Assembly (NCBI GenBank): GCA_965112155.1
Contig: OZ218102.1
Reading direction: 5' to 3' (one strand)
DNA length: 64,000 nt
DNA from: Podarcis liolepis
Lineage: Eukaryota
Positions 23,802 to 37,600 of this stretch are shown in pieces. The position numbers were made by a program, and so were the translations under genes. The notes below the pieces were generated by a model. That model saw only the letters and a program-made list of their open reading frames with translations. It ran no database searches and was not told the origin of the DNA. The number at the start of each line of letters is the position of its first letter. Position 1 is the stretch's first letter.

Positions 23802-26800
23802 TCAGACATGGGGCTGCTTCTTACGATGCCTCTTGCCTGCCTGGGCACCACGTTGGGCCCCCTTCATCAGGCCCTTATACTGTCCCTGAAGTTTTGCATT
23901 TTTCCTGCCAGAAAGAGAGAGAAGAGGTTAGAATGAGTACTGCCACAAGCACAGCAGGTACATGTGTAGTTCTCCCATGGAGGCTTTAGGTGCCCTGCTT
24001 CTGCAGCAAAAGCAGATCTGGGATACCAGTTAAAAAGGAAACTTCAAATCTGAAGAATATCCAGCAGAGTGCTTGAGATAAGAGAACACTGCTGGTTTCA
24101 AGCACACACAACTCCATGGCAGCATTTTACAGATAGAGGGAAATCCTGAACAGTGACACTGAGTTGCATAGAGTTAAGTTCTACTCTTAGTAGACCTGTT
24201 GAAATTAAGGGCCTAAGTTAGTCAAGGCCATTAATTTCAATGTTTCCACGCCAAGCAGAACTAACAATGGATGCAACCCCTAACCTGCACAACCGAATGC
24301 CTCCACATTCCACTTTTCTCCTGGCTAGGGATCAATCCAAGTGATAGAGGACATGATCTGCCTGCAGAAGGTGCCAGATTCAGTGCTTAACATCTCCAAC
24401 CAGGTAGCAAGTGATGGCAAAGACCTCCCTGAAGAGCTGTGATTGGTCACTGTGGTAATAGTCAGCTATATGAATGAGCAGTATGGCCTAGTATATGCAG
24501 CTTCCTATGCTCTCCCCACAGCATCCCCATATCATACCTTCTGTTAAGTTTGGCTCTGTTCAGTGGGATGTAGGCATAAGGATCCAGGCGGCCCTTCTTG
24601 ATATCACCTTTGCCTTTCTGTAGAAACAGAAGAGAATCAGTGCTTAGTGACTAGAAGCAAGACATGGAAAAATGTAGACTTCCGCCAAAATGGGACTTCA
24701 CATCAGCTCTCACAACATCTATCAATGCCTCACATTCAGATCAATTATTCAAAACCGGATCTAGCTTAGAGATACAGAGATTCGTCTTTAAAAGGGAGCC
24801 AGCCTGCAGCCCTGTGTTTAGGGTGTGAGTTAATAGAATGCTGTGCTATGTAGAAGACTGCCATAAGTCAGTCAAGGAAATTTCCTGGTAGGAGACAAGA
24901 AACCTTCAATGTCTGTACCAAGACATCTTTTAACATACTTTGATACTATGAATCTGTACTTGAGTTGCTTGGTAAGTCCAATAAACAAGGCTTCCTATGA
25001 TGTGGAAAAAGTGGCTCTATACAAATAATCAACTCCTGGGAGTTATGACAATGCCAGGTCCTAACTATTCACATCACAATCTTACCTTTGCCTTGTATGC
25101 TTGCCTAGGTGCTGCATTCTTGCCAATAGGCCGATGGATTCCAACACCTCCAGCTGTGAAGAACAAACAATAATGGAATAGTTTCTAGGCTTCTCTCAGC
25201 TGTACAAAAAGGTTTCTGCCCAGTCCGCCACTGGATTGTAGGCTTCTTGTAGCCAACAATGCTTGAAGTGCAGCCAGCCTGTTTGAAACAGTTCCCCGAC
25301 CACATTGTGCTTCAGCAGCACGAGAAAGCATACTGGGGATGGGCTATCTGTGTTAAGGTTTAACTGGGAGCAAGACATAGCACTGAGTGGTTTTGTAGCA
25401 TAAGCACAACACATTATCCCCTGTTTCAGAGGTTCAACTGGACTTGAGTAGAAGTTGGCCATGGTGTGGAACACTCTTCCAGCAGAGATTTGGCAGGTAT
25501 CCTTGCTTTTGACTTTCAGGCATCTCTCATATGCCAGCAGGCCTATACAGCTGCTTGAAATGATTACTTTGTACTTTTTTTAATGGTGTTTTATGTAAAC
25601 ATTTCATTGTATACCATCCTGAAATTTTCTGAGATGGTGGTATATAAATAACCTTGAGCAGCATCTCATTCTCTTTCCCTTCCCTATTAAAGGGATATGT
25701 ATCCAATGTGATAAGGCAGCTAACTCCACACCACCAGCCCAGAAAAAAGCACTTACCCTTATACTGTGGTTTTGCATCAGTGCCCAGTTCCTCATCATCT
25801 GCTTCTTCCCGGAATCTGCGCTTTTGAGCCTTTTTCTGCAACAGAGTTTCCAAGCATCAGCACTTGCTACATGAATTAGGCTTCTCACTAGGTTCCAAGG
25901 CCTTCTCCCTTTCCTGCATTATCTGCTTGGTAACAAGAACTGTATTTGACAGTCAAGCTCAGTTCCCCTTTGATTTCAGCAAGCAATTCACCTTGGCAAC
26001 GGTGTGGGCCTTTAAAGAAAATGCTTGAAATTCCTATTTCCCCCCTCCTGCCCATGTCTCAGTACTTACACTTCGGATCCCGACTTCCTGCATAAGATCT
26101 GCCATCTCTTCATCCACTCCTGTAACAGAGAACAAAAATCAGCGTGAGAACAATACATAAAATATCATCGTAAAATCATTTGCATTTATAGTTAAAAGTA
26201 TGCATTTCAGCTGTTCAAAATGTTTTTACACATTGAAATGATAAAACTTTAATCAGAAGCAAACACCAAAGTGTTCAAAAGGAGCTTACTCCCAGAAGGG
26301 TATGGACAGGACTGCAATCATGCCACAAGCACACCAGAACACTCTTTGAAAAACTGCTAGTGCTTCATTTTTGTAATAATCCACACACATTTTGGTTGCT
26401 GTTTTTTATTACCAGGAAACAATGTACGTTGGGTTAACATTTAACAGCTGGTAAGCCCTGAGCAACATATTTTAGATGTTCCCTAAGATATTTGGAGGAG
26501 GCGCTGCTGATTTGCGTTGCATCCTATGGCACTAACTCCATTTGTGATTACATGGAAGAGTGCTTTCTCTGTGGTGGTACCTACATTGTATTGTATGTTT
26601 TATTGGACTGCTTTATGTTTCCAGTAAATTATTATATTATTACATTATAATTATTTAATTGTTTTAATGGAAGGGCAGTATAAAAATAGTTTGAAGTAAA
26701 TACATATTTAAGCACATTATGATTTTATGTGAAGACAGTGAACAGTCTTAATTTGAAAGGGCTAAAAGTGTCAAAAGCCCTGGAGTGAATCACATGTTGA

Positions 26801-29800
26801 AAGTAAAACAAATAAATCACATGTTCACCAGCCTACATAAAGCCCAAGTTATCTAACTTCAAACAAGTCCATCAAACAGTATCAGGATCAATAAACGTAT
26901 ACAATATTGATACTATCATAGTGGAACTGGACTCCACAGCTGGTTAACATAAACTATTGCTTGGATACCAAGCCCAGTCATAGTTTGTAGACCACTGATG
27001 GCCAGTTTTCAGCTGAATACATTAGACCATCCACCAGTACCTTTAGCCCCTTCTTCTTCCTCCTCCTCCTCTTCACATATAATGAGACGGCCATCAGCTG
27101 ATACCTTGAAGTCATGGCTGATTTTAGCAGCCTGGCCCATGCCTGGTTTCGTAGCTGCATAAAAGAAGATCACAAAAGACTTGCAAGGAGATAGGACAGC
27201 CCCTTTATCTCAGCATAAATGATCTCCCACTTTCCCCAAACTGAAAAGGCAGATTGTGCCACTGTCAAACTGCTCCTTACCCAGAACCCTTTGGGCCACA
27301 TTAGGGTCCAAGAAGTTGAGGGGCTCATCGCCTTCTCCTTCCTTAAGCCAGGCCTGGCTTTGTTGCCGTAGCACTTTCCTGGTTTCTTTTCCTTTGTGCT
27401 GCTTGATGTCATCTTCAAGATCAGAGTCCGAGTCTGCCAGGACCTCCTCCATACTGTAAACAAGAAGGCAGGAGGCAATACAAGTAGTACTTACTGAGGG
27501 TGCAGAGGAACATAAAGAACACTTCATTTTCTAACGCACTTGTCATGGCAGACACCCCTCCTGCTCTAGCCTTAAAAAACTGTAGCTTTTAGGTTCAACA
27601 ATGGCATGACATGAAGACAAGACCAGCACTACATCAATACCTCTCCCCCATGGGACGCTGTGATGGTCCTCCTTCTTCTACAGAAGTGGCTGCTGCCCGT
27701 TTCACAGCTTGCCGCTTGCGGTTCCTTGCCTCAGCCTTGCGGATATTCAACAGCACCTTGCGATACGACTCAGGAAGCAAAGCCTGCAAAGGCTCAAACC
27801 TGGGAAGTAAAGACGGAAGAACAGTGTCACAGAAATCAGTCTCTCACGTATCCCCCACTACCAGTCATAGAAGTCAGACAGATATTAGACCAATGCTTAA
27901 CCTGTGGTCTTCCAACTGCTGGGACTAAAATTCCAGCTAATCCCAGACCTTTGGCCATAATGGTTAGAGCTAATGTCATTTGGAGTCCAGCAACATCTGG
28001 ACTACTATCAAGTGCTTGGTCATCACTCTCAAGATAGGTTTTGTGTGCATGAAGCTGTATCCAAGATGGCACAGTTCAAGACAAGCACATCTAGGAAGCA
28101 AGTGCTTTGGAGTGAGCAGTGTATGAGCAATGTGATATAGATCTTAGAAGTTTTCCTTCCTGAGCATCGCAACACAGGATCTCCCCGGTCCTCCCTCTAA
28201 CCCCAGAACTTACCCAAATTTGCGGATCATTTTGGAGAGGAGGTTTCGCAGCTTCATGCGGAAATGGCGTCTCATGTCGTCTGTCAATCCTCCTATGGCT
28301 TCTAACTGTAAGCAGAGCACAAGCCTTAGAATTTTGATGCCCCCCCAACCACACCTTGCATGAAATGAATTCCCTTGGTTCTCTCTCTCATGCATGTGTG
28401 GAAACCTGCCCCGCTCCCCGGGCTTCTACTGCTTCCCAACAGCACGAGAAGTGGCACAACACCTCACCAAAGCTGGGAAAAGAGTGGATCATTAATTCCA
28501 ATATATACCCATGAACTCTTGAGTCAGGAACTAGACAAGACAACAGCAGAAATAGGTTCCAACAATTCAGGCACCTTTCTGCGTCACTTCCTTTAAGTTA
28601 CGCAAACTAAGCTACTCTTATTCCCAGAACCTTCCTTCCTACAGGCTGCCCTAGTGTATTCCCTCTTCTCACCATGGTCTCCAAGTGCCGACTCAACAGT
28701 GCCGTGTCCAGGAGCAAGAGTGCGACCTTGAGGAAGCCCAAAGCTGACTTGACGACATCCCGTGTCCGGGAGCCTACCATGAGGCAGACATGCTGCATGA
28801 GCTGCTCCAGGGCATCTGACCCAACGTGTTCTGCAGTAGAGTAAAGCTAATCTTAGACATACTTCAATTCTTCAGATTCTACTGAGAGCCAGACAACACA
28901 GGGCACAGATTACTTTCAGCAAGTTTTCTGCTCAGCAGCAACTCAGCACAGGCCTCACAGTGCTTACAGCTGGTGTGGTGCTTGGAACCCCAAGGGCACA
29001 CAGCTCTCTGCTCAGGATAGTGAATATAACCATTCATGTTACCCTTAGACATATCCGTTAGCATGTCCATCCATGCAATAAGCACAGTTCAAATAGCAGT
29101 CTTGGTGCCTCCCAACTTTTGGTGCCTGCCAATCGCAGGAGAATTCTGTACTAAACTACTGAGGCTATAAACATTATCCAGCAAGATTTTGGCATTCGGA
29201 TCTCTCACCTTTGAACTCAAAGAGCAGACGGGCAAGAGCGAGCACCGTGCAACTGATCATGGTGACTGAACCAGTCAAGCCCGCATAAACCAGGAGGAGA
29301 TAACGCTGCATTCCATCTGGAGGGAATAAATGCTGGGGGTTATTTCACTGAAACTGCTAAAAGTAAGATACCAACTATATCACACAGCACTGGGGCTGAA
29401 GAGGCTCCCCCAGAAAATGGCTACAATGATGCAGAAAACCCAATGTGAATGAATGGTTTTCAAAAGAGGAACCCAGGCACTATGGAGACAATGCTAACAT
29501 CCAGATCTCAGAATTAGCTGGAATATCAGAGACCAAAAAGACAAGAGTACGGATATCAATAGTAGATAGGCAATATTGGGAAGGGAACAGGCAACAGTTA
29601 TAAGACACTGAATTAGCAACGACAGAAAAGCCCCCATGTTCTGGCTACTGAAAACCCTTCTTCTGAAAGCAGGAACCAGTCTGAAATGTTAAATATGTTC
29701 TGCTTTATGCAGTGCAAGGGTGGAAGACTGGGATATTCAAAGCCTCAGGCTGGGCTAAGTGAATCCTGCATTTCTTTAATTAGTGTGGAATTTAATATCA

Positions 29801-32800
29801 GATGCCAAATTTAAAATTCTAGTACTTATGATTCAAGGATAATCTGAAAAATGTGTAGGCATTGTCTGATGAGATCTCTGAAACAGGAGATTAAGGAGGA
29901 TTTCTAGTAGTCAGGGGGTTAGACTTCAGTACCCTGCATAGATTGCCCTCTGCTAAACAGAATTACACAAAAAAATCAATATGTACAGATTTTCAGTTTG
30001 CACAAAGTTCATCCAGGTCTCAATTCAGCAATTAAATGCAAAATTTGACTAATTTGGAAAAACTCAGAAAAGGTTATATGGACCAGTGGTAAGAGGAGAG
30101 TTGACTAAAATTACTGGAATAAATGAAGCAGAGATGGAAAGCAATGTAAGGTAATAAAAAATAGAAGGAGTGTACATAGGAGCCAACACAGCTTTTGACT
30201 TTTTGCTCAGGGCAAAAAAGTCCATCTCTTTTTGGTAACAGCCCAATGTAGGCAAACCAGGACTCACCTTTTGGTGTGGGGCCAAAGCGCAGGAAAGCAT
30301 GACCAATCTCTACAAGTAAGTTGTAAGCGTTCTTGCGGGCACCCACCGACACCTCCTTGGTGCAGAGTATGACCTAAATACAAAGGTGCCTGTCATCACC
30401 CCATACCACTTCTGCCCCACAGTTTTCAACATCACTGTATTATCAGCATCAGCTTTCAGAGAGAACTGAAATATAAGCCATTGGTCTAAAATGTATTACC
30501 AAATCGGAGCTCCAGCCAATCTATGACTTTCCCAAGCACAAAAACTGCAGTCATCAAGTTGACCTATAATCTTTTTTAACGTGTGACAACAGACAAACAC
30601 TTTCAGCAGTAGGGAACTTCTTCTGAGGATTTCACAAAGCTATCTAATCCAGATTCAAGGAGGGAGAAAACATTTCTAGTTTGTTGCTTTTAAAAAAGAG
30701 AGCAAATCAGGTGAACCTGAAGATGGAGCACTGCAGAGCAGGCAGGTCAGAAACTGGCAGTAACTTCCAACTGTCAGGGACTAAGACAAAACTGCATAAG
30801 CCCTGCCTGTCGGAGTAAGTGGGAGCAGCAACCCACTACAGGGTATCCTCCTCCACTGATGGGGGAATATATTTATTCCCTCATCACAAGGTAGGAGAAG
30901 CAAAATTCCTAATTCTGAATTACAACAGCTTATTCACAGCATGAGAACAAGATGTTTGTAATGCAAAAGAAACAAGGCAAGCAAGGAATTAGAGAGGATT
31001 TCCATACTGCATAGCTACACTTGCCAAAGGGCTTGAGTTTGTTTGCAGCAGGTAGGAGAGGAGAAAATTCCATTTATGGGCCAGAAAGATGTGGGGAGTC
31101 AGAATATAGCAGAACTTGTACCATAACTTGGCTCTGTTTGGAGATGAATATTTAGTTCCATGCATGCTCCCACCTCTAGCCCCAGAAGTACTATTTCTCC
31201 CCATCTTCTGCGGACACAAATGCCCACCTACTTTCCCCATTCCTTCAGCACCCTGCCTGCCACTGCCTTTTCTGCTCACCTCTGGCACCAGGGCAGTAAC
31301 GAAATCCTCATGCTCCACTGCAAGCTGCTTGACAACATGGAAGAGGCACTTCAAACGGGGCTGGGAACAAAGAATGGGAGTGTGGAGTTAGAGACAGGCA
31401 GGCACAGCAATCACTTATTTCTATCACCACCTGTGCTTCAGCACCCCAGACACCTTCCTTACCCTCTTGGCAGGTGAAGTGGCACTGGGCAAAGAGCCTA
31501 GCAGGGCACTCTGTAGCTCCTCCAGATGACTTCTAACAAAGTTCTGACATGCAGGCCTGTCAGAGGCACATATTTCCTCCAGCACCCGATAAGCCTTCTT
31601 CTGTATCCTGTGGTCTTTGTTCTAGGATGATTATACCAGACAAATCAGTTAGCAAAAACAAACTGCATGCACACAAGAACAGAGGCTCCCAGCCTGCACA
31701 ATATGGAAGTTGGGGGGAGATTATTCCAGAAACCAGGGAGAGGCCACATCTATAGAATCATAGAATTACAAAGTTGGAAGGGACCTGAGGACCATCTAGT
31801 CCCTTTTAGATCTTTTAGTTGCATAGGAGCTGAATATCTGCCAGAGGTTTCCATGTGGTTGAGAGACTGTTTAAATGTCACAAGCATATGGAATGTGAGG
31901 GTCAATTACATGAGTCTTTCGCACAGAATCAGCATCAGTTGGATCATCTGAACATTCTCTTTGCTACACAGAAAATGTTCAAGGATAAGCAGCTGGGAAA
32001 ACACCTAGGAAGTTATCCCTGTGGCCAAGAAGATGCAAGAGGATAGGCACTCAACATGAAACAAGGACCATAGGGTTGCCCAAAGCAGACAGATTATGCC
32101 TGACCACCAGGATAGCAATGCATCATAGGCAAACACGCCTTACTGCTTCCACACAATTTTGGGGAGCAGAAGCCAAGTAAAAAGGATAAGGTCAAACAAC
32201 TCTGCAGCCTCCTTCTGAATAGATTAAGACACTATCTCCCTAAATGTAACAGCTAAACTGATTTTAAGGGTGTCAATATGGCACTCTCAGGAAGAGCAGG
32301 GATCATGGTGGTCAAAGCTAGCAGGCCTGGAGCTTGCAATGTGCCACAGCATACACTCCAACAGCCAACTGAAAGGTAGCTCACCTGTAAGGAGGACTGG
32401 ATGGTGCTATAGAGATCATGCAGAGATGGCTCATCTGCGTAAGGGGCCATGGCTACAACCAGGTCCAACACAGAAAGCCTGCAACAGGGAAGGCAGAGTT
32501 AGCAAGCGTGAACACAAAAGCTAATCTTTAGGACTCTGCTTCTCCCTGGGAATAGTACAAAGCCAACTACTTATTAGTGCAAACCTACCAGATTCCACAA
32601 TTACTAGGGCCAGGAATGGAAAAGCCATGTGCATCCCACTCTCTCTGCCTTCACTGACTTGCAGGGAGAGGGGAGCACCTGGGAGGAACAGAGGAAAAAA
32701 TCAGGCCTCCAATGAGGTGCTCTGGAGCTTAACAGGAGTGGGACAGAGAGGGGTTTACTACACAGACAGATGAAAACAATACTGATTTACATAGGCCTAC

Positions 32801-34078
32801 ACAATAGAAAAGAGGGTAGCACAACCCATCTGAGGACACTCTTCACCATTGTATGGAAAAAGATGGATCCAGACTCTGGGGTGTCCTTACCTAGTGAACT
32901 CTGAACTATCAGAGCTGGTCAGTTTCTCACTAGCTTTCTCTAGGAAAGCATGCACCATCTGCAATAGAGATAAAGAGAGTGTCATCCCCTGAGCTTCCCT
33001 TTTGCACCACACATACATTCTTTTATTTGTATGCTGCCTTTCCATAGTTCAAACCATGCGCAAGGCAGCTCACAACATGGGAAAACACATAATTACAAAC
33101 ATAACCAAACAGAGTCATAAACAATAAATAAAACATCAAAAAGTACACAAATTGAACATTATAAAATCTTTAAAAGGATACAAAAAATAATAATCAGTAT
33201 CCATAACAGTAGCACCCTGCCCCAACAAAAACCACTGAACTGAGCAGCCTCAGTTTTTGTAGGTGTCACCAGTCAGGGCCCCATTCTTCTAGGCCTGATG
33301 GGGAAAGGCCTGCCCCCCATATTTGAGATCCATCCGGCTACAGACACCTGCCCCTCTGTCTCCTAGCACCGGCGGACCTTAGAGATGTGAGCAACTTGTA
33401 TCCAGTTGGTCTGAAGCAAGCAGAAGTGCACCCATATTGGATCTGACAAGGCCTAAGAGAACTCAGCTATAAAACCTCCTGCGTGAACACTTCAGGGTTA
33501 AACAGTATTTTGACTTGTGCTTTTGGAAGCCATACTAGCAAACACTGCACTCTTTCAGTTCCCTGATACGACCTTGAAGAGCAAACATTCCAAAGTGGCA
33601 GATGAGAAGCCTTTCTAGCAAAGGGCTTTTCATTTTGAGCTGATAGTCAGTGTTCTGCACATCCACCCATCTGCTTTTATATTAACATGTGGGACTTACA
33701 ACAGAAAAGGAAAATGTCTTTTATGTGTATAGACTGTTGCCCATCGATCCATCCTGTTTTATCACTACAAAAATATATTAATTCTATTAAGAGACTAAAA
33801 TAAGGAGAATGGCCCTTGTCTGAGGTCCAGCTTCAAGGGCCTTCTGGCAGTTCCCTCCCTGCAAGAAGTGAAGTTGCAGGGAACCAGCAGAGGGCCTTCT
33901 TGGTAGTGGTGCCAGCCCTGTGGAATACCCTCTCATCAGATGTCAAGGAAATAAACAACTATTTGATTTTTAGAAGACATTTGAAAGCAGCCTAGTATAG
34001 GGAAGTTTTTAAGGATTGATGTTTTACTGTGGTTTTATAATTTGTTGGAAGCACCCCAGTCAGATGGGCGGCATACAA

Positions 34079-34124
<46 letters not shown>

Positions 34125-34594
34125 CTAGCAATGCTGTTCACTTATAGAGCTGGCCCACATGAAGTGATTGATATTGCTATTACAATCTGTTAATCACCCT
34201 TCATTCCAAGGTCCTGGGGCAGGTTATAACAATTAAAACACACTATTAAAGAAAGTTTAAAATAAGCCCTGAAAATCAAGTCTTGAGAATTTGGAAACTA
34301 GTAACCCTGCTGGCTTCCCACTTTCTAGAGGAAAGGTAGAATGATAAAGCAAGTGGTGGTGATCTCAGAAGTCTGGTGTTGTTCACAGAGTTTTGCTCAC
34401 CCCTGGCTCCGTCACAGTCAAGTAAGCCCTTATAGTGTCCAACACAGAACGCCGCTGTACAGGGCTTTCGCTGGCACCACCCTCCTGGCTATAGGCATTG
34501 AATAGAATGGGCAGGAAGTTCTTTGCAAAACGCCCAACTTCAGCACGCTCGGCCTCTGCAAAGAGAAGCAAACAAATATAGAGAATGGAGAGAG

Positions 34595-34633
<39 letters not shown>

Positions 34634-37600
34634 GAACGATGCTGCTGGTGAAGCATGCTTCAAAATGTTGGAATCAACAGCAGGGCTTCTGCCAGGCTCT
34701 CTACCCCTCTTTCTCCACTCTTGCATTCTCAGCAAGAAGCAGAACTAGCACAGATCAGCTCCAGCCTCAGCGACTTGGCTAGAGTAAACTGAGCAAGGGT
34801 CACTTCCACAGATAGATCTTACCTGTTTGACAGCCTTTGTTAATTAGCCTGCGCAAAGCTTGGCACACAACGAGCCGCAGATCAGGGCGATCGCTGATGG
34901 CCATGCCCAAAGTACGTGCCAGTCCTTTGAAGGAGGATACCACATCGGTAGGCTGGCTACAGAAACCAGGCAGAAGGGTCCAGATCTGAAAGACAGAGAA
35001 AGGAGCATTGTTATGAACCACAGTTACTCTCCAAACCTTTTAAGCACAGGGTCCCAGTCCTAGATGCAGAAAACATGCAAAGCAAAACTGTTGGGGTGCT
35101 GCCTCACCTGCCACTGCAGTGTATCGTAGATCTTGGCTTCTAAGTGCCGTTTAGCCTCGTCAAGCTCTGTGGCTGGAGAAAGGTAAGAGAGAGGTCTGTG
35201 ACTGTAGCTTAGTATATATGAAGAAGCTAATCTACGGGGGAAATCAATACACTCTGCCTGTAGGACACCTGGAGTTTGCACATTATACAAAATCTCATGA
35301 AATTAACAGGCAACTGCTGTCATGATGTACTCCATACAATAGATGACCCATATATTTGTGCAGATCTAACCCGTATCGAAAGCCACAATTGGTGCAGACC
35401 CAAAGGATGAATTTCTGCTTGCTGAATGCAAACAGTACTGATATGCAGCAATAGACTATAACTAAATCCCAAGACAGAGACTTCAAATGTGGAGCTTTAA
35501 CATCTGTATTTTTTTTCATTCTGTATGCCCAAACTTCTCATTAGAAGCTGGATTTTGTTTTGGGATGTCTGGTATGGTAGACTTTCCGATGGATTCTCCA
35601 GGCGGAATGTACCACAGCTCTACTGCAATCTTAAACCCTAGAGATGGAGCTGTTGTCGTGCTCTTTTAAGGTCCAACACTCAGGTCTGCTGGTACGTGCT
35701 CATGGTCTTGCCCATCTACATTGTCAGTTACCTCTGTGTTTTAGAGTGGCAGCCAGTGGCAGGAAGTAACTGGAGAAGAAGGCAAGGGGTGCATCTCGGA
35801 TACTGTCTCGGAGTACAGGAAGGAGCCAGCTACGGGGGAAATCCAGTGTCTCCCTTGTGGAGGAAGCAGAAGAGAGAACAAATGACAAAATTAAGAGGAT
35901 TGGGGAAGCAATGTACCTGGGTATGTTGGATTTTGGCGCAGATGTTCCTTTGCAAGTACTTTCAGCTACAACAATGCCATAAGATAGTGGAGGTGTGGAA
36001 GCCCCAAGTAGTAAACACCCAGCTCAGCCTACAATCCTGTCCAAGAATTTATGTTCTTGGAGTATCCAACTAAATGACAAAGGCAGATTCAAATGCGATT
36101 TTGCTAACCCCTTCTAAACAAGCGTATGCAACAGTGTTCCTAATTAATGGAAGAGTATGGGATCCCAGCTTTTCTTTTCATATGAACCCTGATGCAGATG
36201 CCCATTCAGACAATACACATTTCTATCCTATTCAGGTGGTAGCAAAATCTGATTTGAATCTGCCTATGGCCACTGTGAGAATAGGATGTTGAACTAGATG
36301 GCTTGATCCAGCTGGGCTTGTCTTATGGGAAGGTATAGAAACATCAGAAACCCAGAAAGGCAGAGATTATACTCACTCTGTGCCATCAATATCTAGGGGT
36401 ACAGCCTGTAGAACCACCTCGGGGCCCATAGTGGTCACTGCAGCTCCTAGAGTCTGGTCAAGCAGCCCAGTGTGAGGAAAGTGTGGGGAGCCACGCAGGT
36501 CAGCTAAGGACTGTAAGCACTGCAGAAAAAGGAAAACAAAAGAGAGCATCACACAAGTAAGCATGTGCTATAAAACAGCCTACCCTCATAATGACTCCTA
36601 TCACTGACTTCTTTATATCCACTGTATAACACACATTTACGCATCCACGAAACTCCAGCTCACGATCCTAAGAGCTCTAGAAAAGTTTAGCAACAATGCA
36701 TCTCAGAAGTTTGCAAGGCCTCAAGTGTCCAAATGTTCTTTTGCCATGGAGATCCCTTCTTGTCTCTTGTGGAACAGGGCTCAGTCACCACAGAAACTCC
36801 TTTACCTTACACATGGTGAGATGGCACTGATGCCCACACACTTCAAAGAAAGTCTTCAGAACCTGCAACACGGAGGCCCATGCCGCATGGAACCGGTATG
36901 TCAAGCCCTCTTCCACTGCTCTGCAAGGAGAAAAGCAAATAGTTATTCAACACGCAGCCTTTCAAAACCAGGATTTTGACCTCTTTCCCTCAACCCACTG
37001 GGCCACTTCTTCTACCTGAACATCTTGCAGGCGTGAGCAGCCGGTCCAGAGGGAGTGGCAGAGGAAACCAGCCCCAGCTCTGCCATGTGGGGGGCCACGC
37101 ATTCATTGAGCAAGACCTACAACAAGAGGCAAACACACACACATAGAGCTTTAGCACTAGCCCACTCTCCTTACAGCAGGGGTGGGCAAAGTCCAGCATG
37201 TGTCCCAATTGGGCCCACAAGGCAGTTTTCCTCAAACCATGCCCTCTTACCCACATGGTGACATAGATGCCAAACAATCAGGAGCATTAAAGTGCTCCAG
37301 TTATTCCTTGCCAAGAGAAACTCGCGCTGTCAGCTGACTGGCTATACAGCAAGCCTGCAGTGATGGACTGTGCTAAGGAGTTCCCCACCAGCACAGTGGA
37401 TGCCTCCTTAAAGCAGGCTTTCGGTGAGTGCCAATCAGTGCTTGCAGCACTGGCTGTAGGTCCAAGTATCCTGTTACATCACGGGGTTGAACTGAAGATG
37501 GCAATGCAAAAGTTCTCTGTAGGTGTGTATTCACAAAGAGGACTTTTGGGGAGAGTGGGGTTGCATACTTTCACTGAAATGCCAAACAAATCTTTATTTC